From Paraspadella gotoi (lineage: Eukaryota; Animalia; Chaetognatha), in assembly GCA_051294375.1 (NCBI GenBank), contig CM119268.1, positions 16,518,083 through 16,582,082 of the forward strand: DNA of 64,000 nucleotides, in the 5' to 3' direction. How positions within the stretch are numbered: the first letter of the stretch is position 1; each line of letters begins with the position of its first letter. Below the pieces are notes generated by a model. That model was not told where the DNA came from. It made no database searches and saw only the letters and a program-made list of their open reading frames with translations. This document shows positions 52,536-64,000 of the stretch, one piece after another. The translations under genes and the position numbers were made by a program.

Positions 52536-55500
52536 CGTCTCTCTCCCCCTCTTCCTTTTTCTCCTCTTCACTCCGCCTCTCTCTGCTCTTCTCTCTTCTC
52601 TCTCTCTCCTGACCGAAACAAAAAAATCTTATTGGAGCAGGGTGCTCACCTCAATTTTCTGGAAGGTTCCCGCCTTTCGCACCCGCCCATCACATGCCGA
52701 ACGCGCCCTCCGAATTCAGCGAGCAAAACCAAAAAAAAAAAAAAAAAAAAGGGAAAAAATTAAAAATGGGATTATCCTTCTTATTATGGGACGTCCGCGT
52801 TTATGGACGAGGCGCTTGTGAGGTGCGTGCATTGGAATGAGGAGAGGGCGTTGTTTGTGTGGTGTGGCCGAGAGAGTTAGTGGTGTTTTTGAGTATGGAG
52901 AGAGAGAGAGATGTGTAGTTGTGAGTGTGGAGGTGTGCGAGAGTAAGAGAGGAGATGATGGTGGTTGTTTGTGTGGAGAGAGAGAGGATTCAGCGTATGG
53001 AAGACAAAACGTGGTGAGATAACGAAGCTCAACGAGAAAAGTGGTGCACAAAAAACACCATGAATGTGCTTATATGTAAGGGCTGTTTGGGTCCACTTGG
53101 TAAATTGTCACAGGGAAGATACGCCAATGAGTCCATCACTGTGGTACCAAGGGATGTCTCCTCTGGATGCTCCGTCGGGTCTGCGGATCTCAATGCTCCA
53201 AAAATAAAAACCGATGTGGCGCAGGCCAAGTAGATCGGGGCCGTGACATTCTGAGGTGGGTAGGATGACGAAGTCAATAGACAAAAAACAAGAAAGACAA
53301 ACACACATTGCTTCAGAGTACATCAGACTGGCAATATCCACAATGTAGATACTAGTGAGAACCTGCGAACAGGGTAATGAGGGGCAAGTAGTGATGCTGA
53401 CCCAGAGTAAACGTTAGCAATGTCAAGTCCGCGGTGTCGGCGAATCGGAATCTATGAGAACATCGTAAAGACAAACCGTCGTGTAAAACAAAATATTAAG
53501 CCCAATAAAACCGAGACGATTCTGCGTGACGCGGAGATGGCCAGTGTATGTGAAGACGGGCTCTCAAATCGGGGGCTCACCAATGACGATCGTTCGCCCG
53601 GAGGGACCTACGATCCCAATGACAAGGAAGGAAATCGGAAAGAGACTCCATCGNNNNNNNNNNNNNNNNNNNNNNNNNGAGAGAGAGAGAGAGAGAGGTC
53701 ATAAGTATATGGGTCGGGGAACGGAAAGATGTGGGGCGCCGCACCCGATTTACCCGTGAAGTCGTCAGCGGTGGCGGCGGATGCGGCGGCAGAGCACCCA
53801 TGGCTCTGAACAACGCTAATCCGCTTTTGGTCCTTTGTATTCGTCGGTCACGCCGATCCGAAGAGTGAAAGATTTCCCAACGCCCCTGAAAAATTGAAAT
53901 TTCGCGATAAACAAAGAAGAGAAGCGAGCGATTACACTATGACGTTTTTTAGTCATAGCTTTTAAAACCCTACTGTCCCTACACTTCCCAGAGCTTACTG
54001 ATAAATGAACCGAATCCTCCTTGTTGAAATAATGTATTGTGGACCACAGTATATTTTATAATGTATAGCAATTCACATAGATTTTACATAATATAACAAC
54101 GTGTGGCACTCACCGCGTCGTTCAAACTCATTGAACATAAGCGTCATTGTGTCACTTACGTCTCTCACGTAATCTTTCTATCAAAAATTTAATTCACTGT
54201 CGTTGTAGTCATCGTCGTTGTCATTGTGTTTGTCGCTTTCGGAATTCGGAAACGGAAGTCGGCTTAGTTTAATATTTTAATATTTTAATATTCAGATATC
54301 AGTGGTTTATTGTATATTCTGACGTAGACAAAAATCAAATTCTACGCCGAAACGACGAAGCCGAATTTCCTGACGTTGAAGAACGAGACTCGGTGACTAG
54401 AACTGCGTGACGTAGCGCCACGGTCGTCGTCTCGCAGTAAACCCAATTTGTATTTTCTCGGGCGTCAACCGAACTCGTTTCCATGACGACGACAACGACC
54501 ATTTTAAAAATCTTCCCGTCACTTCCCTCCTCCTTCTTTCCTCCTCTCCTCCCCTTCGCACCTCCCTCTCGTCCTCTCTTTGCGGTCGTCAAATGTAAAT
54601 CAAGAATCGGGGCTCCTCTCCTCTCTTCCTCCTCAACTTAAAAAGTGGAATTCCTCTCTTTCCCTCAAATTTCTCGAGGGTCATCGGAATACGGGTTACA
54701 ATTCTTCGCTGCCGATAATCGGCGTGAAATGACGACGACGACGACGACGACACGGTACACCATAACCTTTTGTTGGTCGTTGAACGGAAATTCAACCAAA
54801 AAAAAGAACAATAATTGTAAATCCCAAAGGTTTTGTGAATCTATTTTGCATTTGAAATCAATAACAGACACGAGCTGGGCTGACGTTTTTTTTTTAAATC
54901 ATTATTTTTAAAGATTAAAAATACAATAATACGAATAAATGTGAATAGTTCTTTGCATTAAAAATTAAAGAATCAATCCATCCCATCTTTGACGTGAGAC
55001 CCGTCGTCGATGATCCAGAAGCGAATAAAGTTTTGAAAAAAGAGAAAGACGCTTTCGGACAAAAGGTCAGCGGAATGGGGGCATCGCCATCACCTAACCT
55101 GTGACGTTATGACGACGATGAAAACGACGACGACCACGAAAGAGTCGACGACAGAACCGAATAGAATTTGTGAAACGATGACACGTGTGATGTGAAACGT
55201 TAATGGCAGCAGAAAAATCGTGAATTCGAACTTAACGGTTTACGGTTTACCGTTTCCTCTTTCGTTGCTTGGTTGGCCCAACGAACGCGTTAATATGACA
55301 AGTGAACGTCTGTAAATTGTAAAAATAGGAGAGCCTTAGAATATTTTTAGTGCATTGTACTTTTCAAAATATTTTTTTTAGAAAAAAATTCGTTAAAAAC
55401 AGTGACTGTCAGTGTCATATTTTCTCTTTTCAACTTAGAGATAAAATATCCCACAAAATGGAAAAATGATTCTTTTTCCCGGATTTAAAAAACTAAAAGA

Positions 55501-57403
55501 TAAATATTAAGTAGGGCGAGACCCAAGGCGCGACAAGAACGTCAATCTTCTCAGAAAAAAAAATGTGAAAAAAGTGAATAAAACCTCAAAAAAAGTGAAA
55601 AAAGTTTCTCACGAAAAAAAATCCTCGTTTATTTCACCAAAAAATAATCCATAAAAAAAAGGGAACCAGTTGAAGGGTTAAGGGTGAAAGGCCGAGCGGT
55701 TTATGAGCGGAGACGTCACCAGGAGACGCCAGTTCTTTTTCGCCGAAGAAGGCGGAACCGAAAAAAAAAGAGAGAGAGTCGGGACGAGAAATGGCAAAAG
55801 AAAGAGAAATGGCACGAAAAATGGCAAAGAGGGAGAAAAAGAAATGCCCGGGGGCGGAGGCAAGGTCAGGCAATAATAAACAACGAGCAGAATCGTCGCT
55901 TCACGAAGACAGGGAAGGGGGTTAATAAACGNNNNNNNNNNNNNNNNNNNNNNNNNNNNNNNNNNNNNNNNNNNNNNNNNNNNNNNNNNNNNNNNNNNNN
56001 NNNNNNNNNNNNNNNNNNNNNNNNNNNNNNNNNNNNNNNNNNNNNNNNNNNNNNNNNNNNNNNNNNNNNNNNNNNNNNNNNNNNNNNNNNNNNNNNNNNN
56101 NNNNNNNNNNNNNNNNNNNNNNNNNNNNNNNNNNNNNNNNNNNNNNNNNNNNNNNNNNNNNNNNNNNNNNNNNNNNNNNNNNNNNNNNNNNNNNNNNNNN
56201 NNNNNNNNNNNNNNNNNNNNNNNNNNNNNNNNNNNNNNNNNNNNNNNNNNNNNNNNNNNNNNNNNNNNNNNNNNNNNNNNNNNNNNNNNNNNNNNNNNNN
56301 NNNNNNNNNNNNNNNNNNNNNNNNNNNNNNNNNNNNNNNNNNNNNNNNNNNNNNNNNNNNNNNNNNNNNNNNNNNNNNNNNNNNNNNNNNNNNNNNNNNN
56401 NNNNNNNNNNNNNNNNNNNNNNNNNNNNNNNNNNNNNNNNNNNNNNNNNNNNNNNNNNNNNNNNNNNNNNNNNNNNNNNNNNNNNNNNNNNNNNNNNNNN
56501 NNNNNNNNNNNNNNNNNNNNNNNNNNNNNNNNNNNNNNNNNNNNNNNNNNNNNNNNNNNNNNNNNNNNNNNNNNNNNNNNNNNNNNNNNNNNNNNNNNNN
56601 NNNNNNNNNNNNNNNNNNNNNNNNNNNNNNNNNNNNNNNNNNNNNNNNNNNNNNNNNNNNNNNNNNNNNNNNNNNNNNNNNNNNNNNNNNNNNNNNNNNN
56701 NNNNNNNNNNNNNNNNNNNNNNNNNNNNNNNNNNNNNNNNNNNNNNNNNNNNNNNNNNNNNNNNNNNNNNNNNNNNNNNNNNNNNNNNNNNNNNNNNNNN
56801 NNNNNATGGAATCGCTGTCCCGCCGCCTGGGAAACTCAAGTTTTTTCCAACGCTACTCAGTTTTTTTTTCTTTTTTCGACTCGACGCTAAAGTTCAGAGT
56901 TCGTTATTAAAAAAAATTAATCCGCCTCCATTGAACACGGAAAAAAAAGAACATCTNNNNNNNNNNNNNNNNNNNNNNNNNNNNNNNNNNNNNNNNNNNN
57001 NNNNNNNNNNNNNNNNNNNNNNNNNNNNNNNNNNNNNNNNNNNNNNNNNNNNNNNNNNNNNNNNNNNNNNNNNNNNNNNNNNNNNNNNNNNNNNNNNNNN
57101 NNNNNNNNNNNNNNNNNAATTTTGATGAAAAATGGAAGCGGTTTTTTTTTCATGGCAAACTGTTTATTCAACCTAAGAAAATCATTTTCTTTTGTTTACT
57201 CATCTCGACTTTTCGTATTTTCGTCTGACGAACAGTCCGACTTTGAGTTGCAGAAAAAAGTAAGTTTTGAGTAAGTTTTTGAGTAAAGAAATTTGCGGGG
57301 GGAAATAACGAGATAATATTGTAGGTCGCTCGCCGTTGGAGACCTTTTCATTCACAGTGCTTTTCTGTTCTCCTTGAAAGACAAAAAATCACTGGAAAAT
57401 CGA

Positions 57404-57438
<35 letters not shown>

Positions 57439-58805
57439 NNNNNNNNNNNNNNNNNNNNNNNNNNNNNNNNNNNNNNNNNNNNNNNNNNNNNNNNNNNNNN
57501 NNNNNNNNNNNNNNNNNNNNNNNNNNNNNNNNNNNNNNNNNNNNNNNNNNNNNNNNNNNNNNNNNNNNNNNNNNNNNNNNGAGAGAAAGAGAGAGAGAAA
57601 GAAAGAAAGAATGAGAGAGAGAGAGAGAGTCTCTTTGACCTGAAAGGACTGTCTGAGACTACATGGTGAGCGAGCAGCGACTAAAAACCTTTTTCTCTAT
57701 TCAAACATCCAATCTCAGTTTCTTTTCTTCTTCTGCCTCCCCCCATCCGCCCCCCCACCAAAAAAAGTTTTTTCTTTTTTGTTTTTATTGATGTTTCGAA
57801 AAAGGGCTTTTCTCCAGTAAAGCCTAAAGGGGGCAACCGTTTCCAGCGAATAATGATAAATTTTCATGCTTAACTTTTTAATCAGACGAACGAGTTTTTT
57901 CGAGATGCATATTAGATAAACTAATAATGTTTCGAATCAATGACAGCATGAAAAATGATGCTTCCATTTGATTTTCTCCCATTTCACTACCGAAGCATAC
58001 TATTTACGAAGACAAACGAGAAAATTAAATCTAATTAAACTTTATTAAAAGCTAAAAGAAGCCATAAATCTTCCCACCGTCGACTGAATTGCCGCATTAG
58101 TTCAAAGTCCTTGAAAATCCTTTTCTCCAAAAAAGGTTTACTGGTTTCCATTCAATTCGCGACACAATAAACTTTTTTTTTGGTCGTTTTAAGGAGAAAA
58201 CCCCGAATGAAGTTTTTTCGGGGAAAATTTTTCATCTCTGCTCAGAAACACGCCGACTCATACACAACACATATAAGAAAAAAAAATTGAAAAAAAATTG
58301 AAATGGTTTTTTGAGGGTTTTTTTTAGGGAAAATGAAAAAAAAATTAGTGAGAGAGAGAGAGAGTTCATACATGGGCGGAAAGAATTGTACGCGTATTAG
58401 TTTTCGGAAACCGTTGCGTTAAAATTGAAATATTCCCATTTTTCTACGGTCTTTTTTTTTTTTTCTGTGAATGGGTCAATATCTGAGATGTAAATCCTAC
58501 AAAGAATTTTTTTCGGTTCTTTTCACGATCAATTCGTGAAAAAAAAATCTTGTTTAACATACTGTATCCACGTTCAATATCCCCCAAAAAAGGGCAAAAT
58601 TAAAGAAAGCCATCAGCGACCGAGTAACCTCATCATAAGAAGAGTTTTTTCTCACACTGTTTGAGATTTTTTTTCCAAAAAGGGTGGACGCAGTCCGTTA
58701 TGGTTACGGGGTTACAGTAAATCCCACTGCGCTGAAGCTTAGACGTTTGATGTCGCAGCGACCCTAACTCTGAAAATAATTTGCATATCTTAGTTTTTAT
58801 GGAAT

Positions 58806-58980
58806 AGGTACAACCAATATAAAGATTATCCATACGTAAGCTTCGGACAGCGTTGAAGCCTCTATCTCTCACGAGAATAACCAAGCAGGTCCCTGCAAGC
58901 TTTAAATCAAGTCTCTCACACAGTCAAGTTTATAATATTCACTCCCAGAGTGTTTGGCTTCCCTATCAATGAGCTATAAT
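58806..58980 (+). repeat. Dispersed ~285-bp repeat family, copy 3 (diverged)
   Basis: GGTACAACCAATATAAA..GCAGGTCCCTGCAAGCTTTAAATCAAG..GGCTTCCCTATCAATGA. Confidence 0.7.
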
Positions 58981-61900
58981 ATGCTAACATGTTATCGGAT
59001 GTTATCTAAAATGTTATCTAACATGTCATCTAAAAAAGACAAGTAAATAAATACCGGTGAAATCAAGACGTTTCGAAAAAACGACTTTATTCTCATCTCC
59101 CAAAGTTCAACTTCGTTTCTCATCTTCATTCTTCGCCATCTTTATGTCCGCCGACCGACGACGAGGACGACGACGACGACGACGACGAACGAAGCCTTTG
59201 TACGGGACGAAAAGATAAAAGAAGACGTAACTTTATTTTGAGGCCCTGGAAACGATTGGCCGACTGTCTTTCTCTCTCTCATCCGGGTGCATGACTCGAT
59301 CTTCATCGTCTCTTCTTGCTTCATCTCCTTTCGTCTCGTGTCTATCTCGTCTCTCTGCATCTCTCAGTCTAATCTCTCTCTCTCTCCGTAACCGCTGATG
59401 ACTAAGAAATTAAGTGAATTTAGCTTTGAAAAAAAAGAATACGGGGGGCGGTGGGAGGACGGTCGTGAAAGTGTTGAATCGGGGATTTCGGTGGAAGAAA
59501 GAAAAAAAAAGGATGCGGGTGGAACGATAATGAATGACAGGTAGGAAGAGAAGAGGAGGAGGAGGACATGAGCAATTTTTTAGGGGTTAGAAAAATTGGA
59601 TGATGCGATGAATATGTCCTACAATGTTGAAAGTGACGGGATGGTAGATTTTGGAGAATTGTTAGAGATTTAGGAAGTAGAGAGGAATCGGAAAGAGAGT
59701 CGAAGAGCGAGGAAGCAAATAGAAGAAAGCAACGAAGTAAAGAAGAAGAGTAGAGAAAGTATGATTCATTTAGAGTCGGAAGAAGGGACGAAGATAATTG
59801 TGTAATATTACAGAGAAGAGAGATAGACGAGAGGACGTAGGAGAGGAGAGAGAGTACGGAGGAGAAGAGAGAGTAGAGAGCAGAATTGAGAGGAGAGAAG
59901 AGAGAAGAATACTCGAGGGAGGATGTTTCCCGTCCACCAGACTGAGAGCGAGAGCTGTGATTATTCTCTTGTAATCACTGTAAAAGTTCGTCTCAGAGGC
60001 CGAATACGTAACTTATAGCTCGCACCTCCGGTACCTCTTCTATCGATACTCGCACTCAATCACTCTCATACGGTCTCTCTACAGACGGACCCTCTATCTC
60101 TTCTCTACTCTGTCGTCTCACTACACTCCACCCGACCTACCTACTCACTGTTTATCAGTCATACGTATCCTGCAGCTCGTCGGAGCTCACTCCTCTCTCT
60201 CGCTGCTTTCTCTCACCAGGCGCAGATAGACGACGCGAAAAAACCGTCTCTCGATGGTCGACTTCGTGAGTAGCTGAGTAGCTGGAGCGTATTGGGGAAT
60301 AGAGACACGTCACGTCTGCTCATGAGTGAGAAAGTTGGGTCGACTCAACCAGGAGTTCTGCATAGCAAGAAATGATTGTATGCTAATGGTGTATCTCGGA
60401 GCTTGCCGGGCTAATTGCAGTTTATCGGTGAGTAAAGAGAAGCGTAGTAGAGAGGAGAGAGAGAAGAGGAGAGAGAGAGAGAGATGAAAATGATGGGCAG
60501 CACATGACTTTGGGTTTGTCAGATGAAGAAGTCCAATTAGTAAGAGTACAATTATATCATATAATTATACAATTTTAAATTTTCTAAAATTTACACGTTA
60601 ATAAGTAACGTATGTACTAGAGCTTCTGCTGAGATGAAGTTTTATACCTACTTTTGAAATTTATAAATTCTAATTTTTCTAAGCTTAAATAATTTTATTA
60701 TTTTCATCATTTTCATAATTTAGTGAAAAAGTGAAAAAAACAAAACAAAATAATTTAGTTTCATGTAATAATGTTCAGGATTATTTCTTCAAGAATTTAC
60801 TGATAACTAAAAATCTCGATTCAAGTGGTGATTATTTTATCTAGCGAATACTGATTTTATATTTGTGTACCAAATAATTATAATAAGTTAAACTAGTACC
60901 AAGTAAGTACATAGTTTTAATAACAACATTTTTGAGTTAACACAAAAAAAGAGAATAATTATTGAGAAACAGAAAATATAAGCCAAATGTAGTATACTCA
61001 CTGACAAAAAACGTCACAGAAGTTGAAGAACGACGACGACAACGACGACGATGAGGCAAAAGACAACGGCGCCGCGAACTGGAAAAGAAAAAACAAAGGA
61101 ACAGATGAACAGATGGCAAAAATGACTTCTCTCTCTCTCTCTCTCTNNNNNNNNNNNNNNNNNNNNNNNNNCGATGAGAGCAGAGAGGAGACGAGATTAC
61201 CGAGAGAGAGAATGAGACAGCAGGAAGAGACCGCGAGCATGAGATAGCAGATGCTAGAGAGAGAAGAACGCGAGAGAGAGACATAGAGGAAAGCGATAGG
61301 AGAGATGAGAAGAGATGAGAATTGATGATTCCAAATTTTCTGCTTCAAAAAATCAGTTTTTTTCAAAGTGAAGGATATTCACGCGAATGCGAATTGCGAT
61401 CACGTGATCGTGAATGTCGAACAGTCGATCTCGCGCATCGAGGACCGTCTGTTGTGACGGTCTCATTGCGTGAGTCGGTCACGTTAGTCTTAAGTTTTTG
61501 TAATTCTCGTGACGTTACAACACTAATATCACCAATGGAACAGCGTTCCAGTTTCCAACCAATGACAATCGTAATTAAATTGGTTCATCAGAATTGCAAT
61601 CATCGGAATTGCTCGTTCAAAATTAGGCAATGACGTGATATCTTTACTTATTTGCACGTAAGGAAAACATTTCCACTCTTTGTTTTGTTTATGTTTACAT
61701 AAACTGTATGTATTAAATTCTGTAGAAATGGAGAAACATCGACAAAAGGAACGGGCTTTTAACTGCAACAATGACATAAGCGATGGAACTAATCTCAACG
61801 GAAACTCGAAACGGCCGAAAAGTCGGAGGATGAAATTTGTTAATTGAAAAGGAGGAGGAGGAGACTGAGGAAAACAAAGAGGAAGAGGATGAGCAGAAAT

Positions 61901-63464
61901 ACGAGAGATTTACTGTTTTTTTTTGTTTTTTTTTATCGGAGCGGCTTGTAATTTGCGCGGAAACAAAAAAGGAGGCCTTTCGGTGTTGATATAAAACAGT
62001 GTTATTATATTGCGTAGTAGCCTTATTCAAGTTTACAGTTTTCTCTCATATTTTCATTTGCTTTTAAACCCCAAGGCGCCTAGCGACTTTTACTCGCGTT
62101 TTTCAAGTATAAAACTAAATCCTTACCTTTTTTCTTTCCTCCTGATCTGATCCACCCCCCGCTCGCTTCCCCCCCACCCCCTCCCCACGTTAGATCCACG
62201 AGCTTCCACGTCGCCTACGAAAAAAAACTTCCCGAGTCCGAGCAAAGTTCCGCCGCCGCCCGCCGCCAGCCCCCCGCCCGCCGCCCGCCTTCCCCGCCTC
62301 ACAGATAATCTCTCTCGTCCATTACCTTCCTTCCTCCTCTCACTTTTTTCCGTTTCATCCTACTTCACCCTTGCCTCTACTATTCTCCGCTTTTTCCAAT
62401 ACAATGACAAAAAAGTTCGCAGTCCAAATAATTTTCGAAAACTCCGATTCAACCTAGTAGGAGGCTAGCTTCGCCTCTGACGATTGAAGGCGACTATTCT
62501 ATTTTCGATTCACATTAAAACTACTTATCTTGTTACAGGTTCAATTTCCTTTGCTTTAAATTTTTTTTTAAATGAAAAAAAAATTCTTTTTTTTCTCCTT
62601 TCTCTCTTTTTCTCATTTTTCATCTAACGTGATTCTAAAGACCTGATCCCTCAGTCAGTCAGTCAGTCTGTCGCGACTTTCGGACGCCTTGCTTTTTCCC
62701 TCTTCAGCGACAATAATTATAATTAACGATGTGAAGAGCAAATGCCGCGGAGGAAAGACTTGAAAAGGAAACGATAGAGAAACTTTTTAGCTTTTCCATA
62801 ATTATGTTTAACGACGTAACTGTTGCAATTACCAGAAAAATTTTACGAGAAAGTAGGAAAGAAAAACAGAAATAATACGTAAACTTTGAAGGATAAAAAA
62901 GGTTAAAAATGAAACCCGAAATGCAAGCCAGCCTGTCATATACTAAGAGCCAGACGCTCGAGTGGACTCGAAACTCCATCGTTATGCAACAAGTTTGGTG
63001 CCATCGTTTTCGTATCAGCGGCGAAGCGGCGCACATTGATCGGAATAGATTAGTCCGATGAAGTTACACAGAGACGGCGATCAATTGCCGAATGTCATTA
63101 CACAATAAATGTTTAAATAAATATTGTGAGATCTGCTTCAATGACTATTGTCCTGTTGTCCTGTTCAATGTACATTGTACAAGTTAAATGGCGCGTTGTT
63201 AAACTCTGAAATCAGTATTCACATTTTTTTTTTCAAGTTCTTAATTTTCTTCCTCTCTGCAACTTCTTCCGGGACGTTCCATCTCAAGAGCATCTTTTTT
63301 TCTACAAAATATCTTTTTAACGACGCGAAACTTGAGGGCAATGTGACCTGAGAACTTCCCCTCCAAACCCTTATCCTCCAAATCTTTTCTCACCCCCGAA
63401 CCCCGGACCCAAAACTTTGTCCCCTTTTTCCTCTCTCGCTTGATGGGTTCTCTTCTTTTGTCGC

Positions 63465-63555
63465 TGACGACGTAAAGGGCGGTCTTAATGGGGTTATTTA
63501 AGGGCGTGGTTGACTGGTTAGACGTGGCGCACTGGCGCAGGCTCGCGCCAACGTT
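63465..63555. promoter_or_regulatory. Possible promoter-like motif cluster (GC boxes GGGCGG and GGGCGTGG, TATTTAA, CG-rich)
   Basis: Motif co-occurrence only; no linked gene is visible in the window. Confidence 0.2.
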
Positions 63556-64000
63556 AAACGAGGCGCTGGAACTTTTTTGTTTTTTCTTCTCGTCTTCATC
63601 GTCGGTTGGTTGGTCGTCGTTGTTAATTCCTTGAACCGATATTTTTAACTGAGAAAAAAAAAGGTGGTGAAAGTTAGTTGCTGCAATCTTGTACAGTTTA
63701 GCTTTCTTTTTTGTTAAATATTAATATCGACGAAATAAGAGAAGATAATGTCGCAAGATGTTCTTAAAAGTACGTATTACACGACGTTAAAAGCGACATT
63801 GGTAATTCGCCAATGTGCAATGTGCAATGTGCCCATTCTAATATTGAAAGAATCTCAGTCGGCGCAAGAATGCGGATTGAAAAGATGATAACGCGTCATC
63901 GACTAAAAGGGAAAAAAAACATGAAAAGACAACGAAAAACTTTATTCACCAAAAAAGAGTAAACATTCAAAAGAAAAGAAGTTTAACCACTCTTTTCTTC

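Noticed and set aside
22552-57643. Long ORFs in the track such as 22552-23298, 30324-31259 and 55684-56910, plus ER/SL-repeat ORFs
   Set aside because: They are translations of N-runs or (GA/CT)n microsatellites.

Overview
Eukaryotic (invertebrate animal-like) genomic scaffold with GC-rich exons, AT-rich introns, many (GA)n microsatellites, N-gaps and patches of uncorrected long-read sequence. The gene-dense part (7-22 kb) is one minus-strand pecanex-like PCNX4 gene of at least 18 exons whose introns host four complete, spliced genes. TEX49/SPMIP11 (+) sits in one intron. MPV17 (+), C1orf50/DUF2452 (-) and a ferritin (-) share a single 6-kb intron. C1orf50 and ferritin are on the host strand and packed very tightly: about 113 nt separate the C1orf50 stop from an unpaired splice-acceptor-like site 15 nt upstream of an iron-responsive element, which suggests either a dicistronic/trans-spliced unit or an extremely compact promoter. 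Several minimal hammerhead-ribozyme motifs of the Penelope-terminus type, two Helentron/HINE-like repeats with minisatellites and a dispersed ~285-bp repeat are also present. The 23.5-31.7 kb region holds a secreted coiled-coil protein gene with a discoidin/F5-8C-like C-terminus, in several overlapping noisy copies that are probably assembly artefacts. The 32-64 kb region is gene-poor and low-complexity, with no confidently identifiable CDS. Homology calls come from recalled human protein sequences compared by eye; no database search was run.
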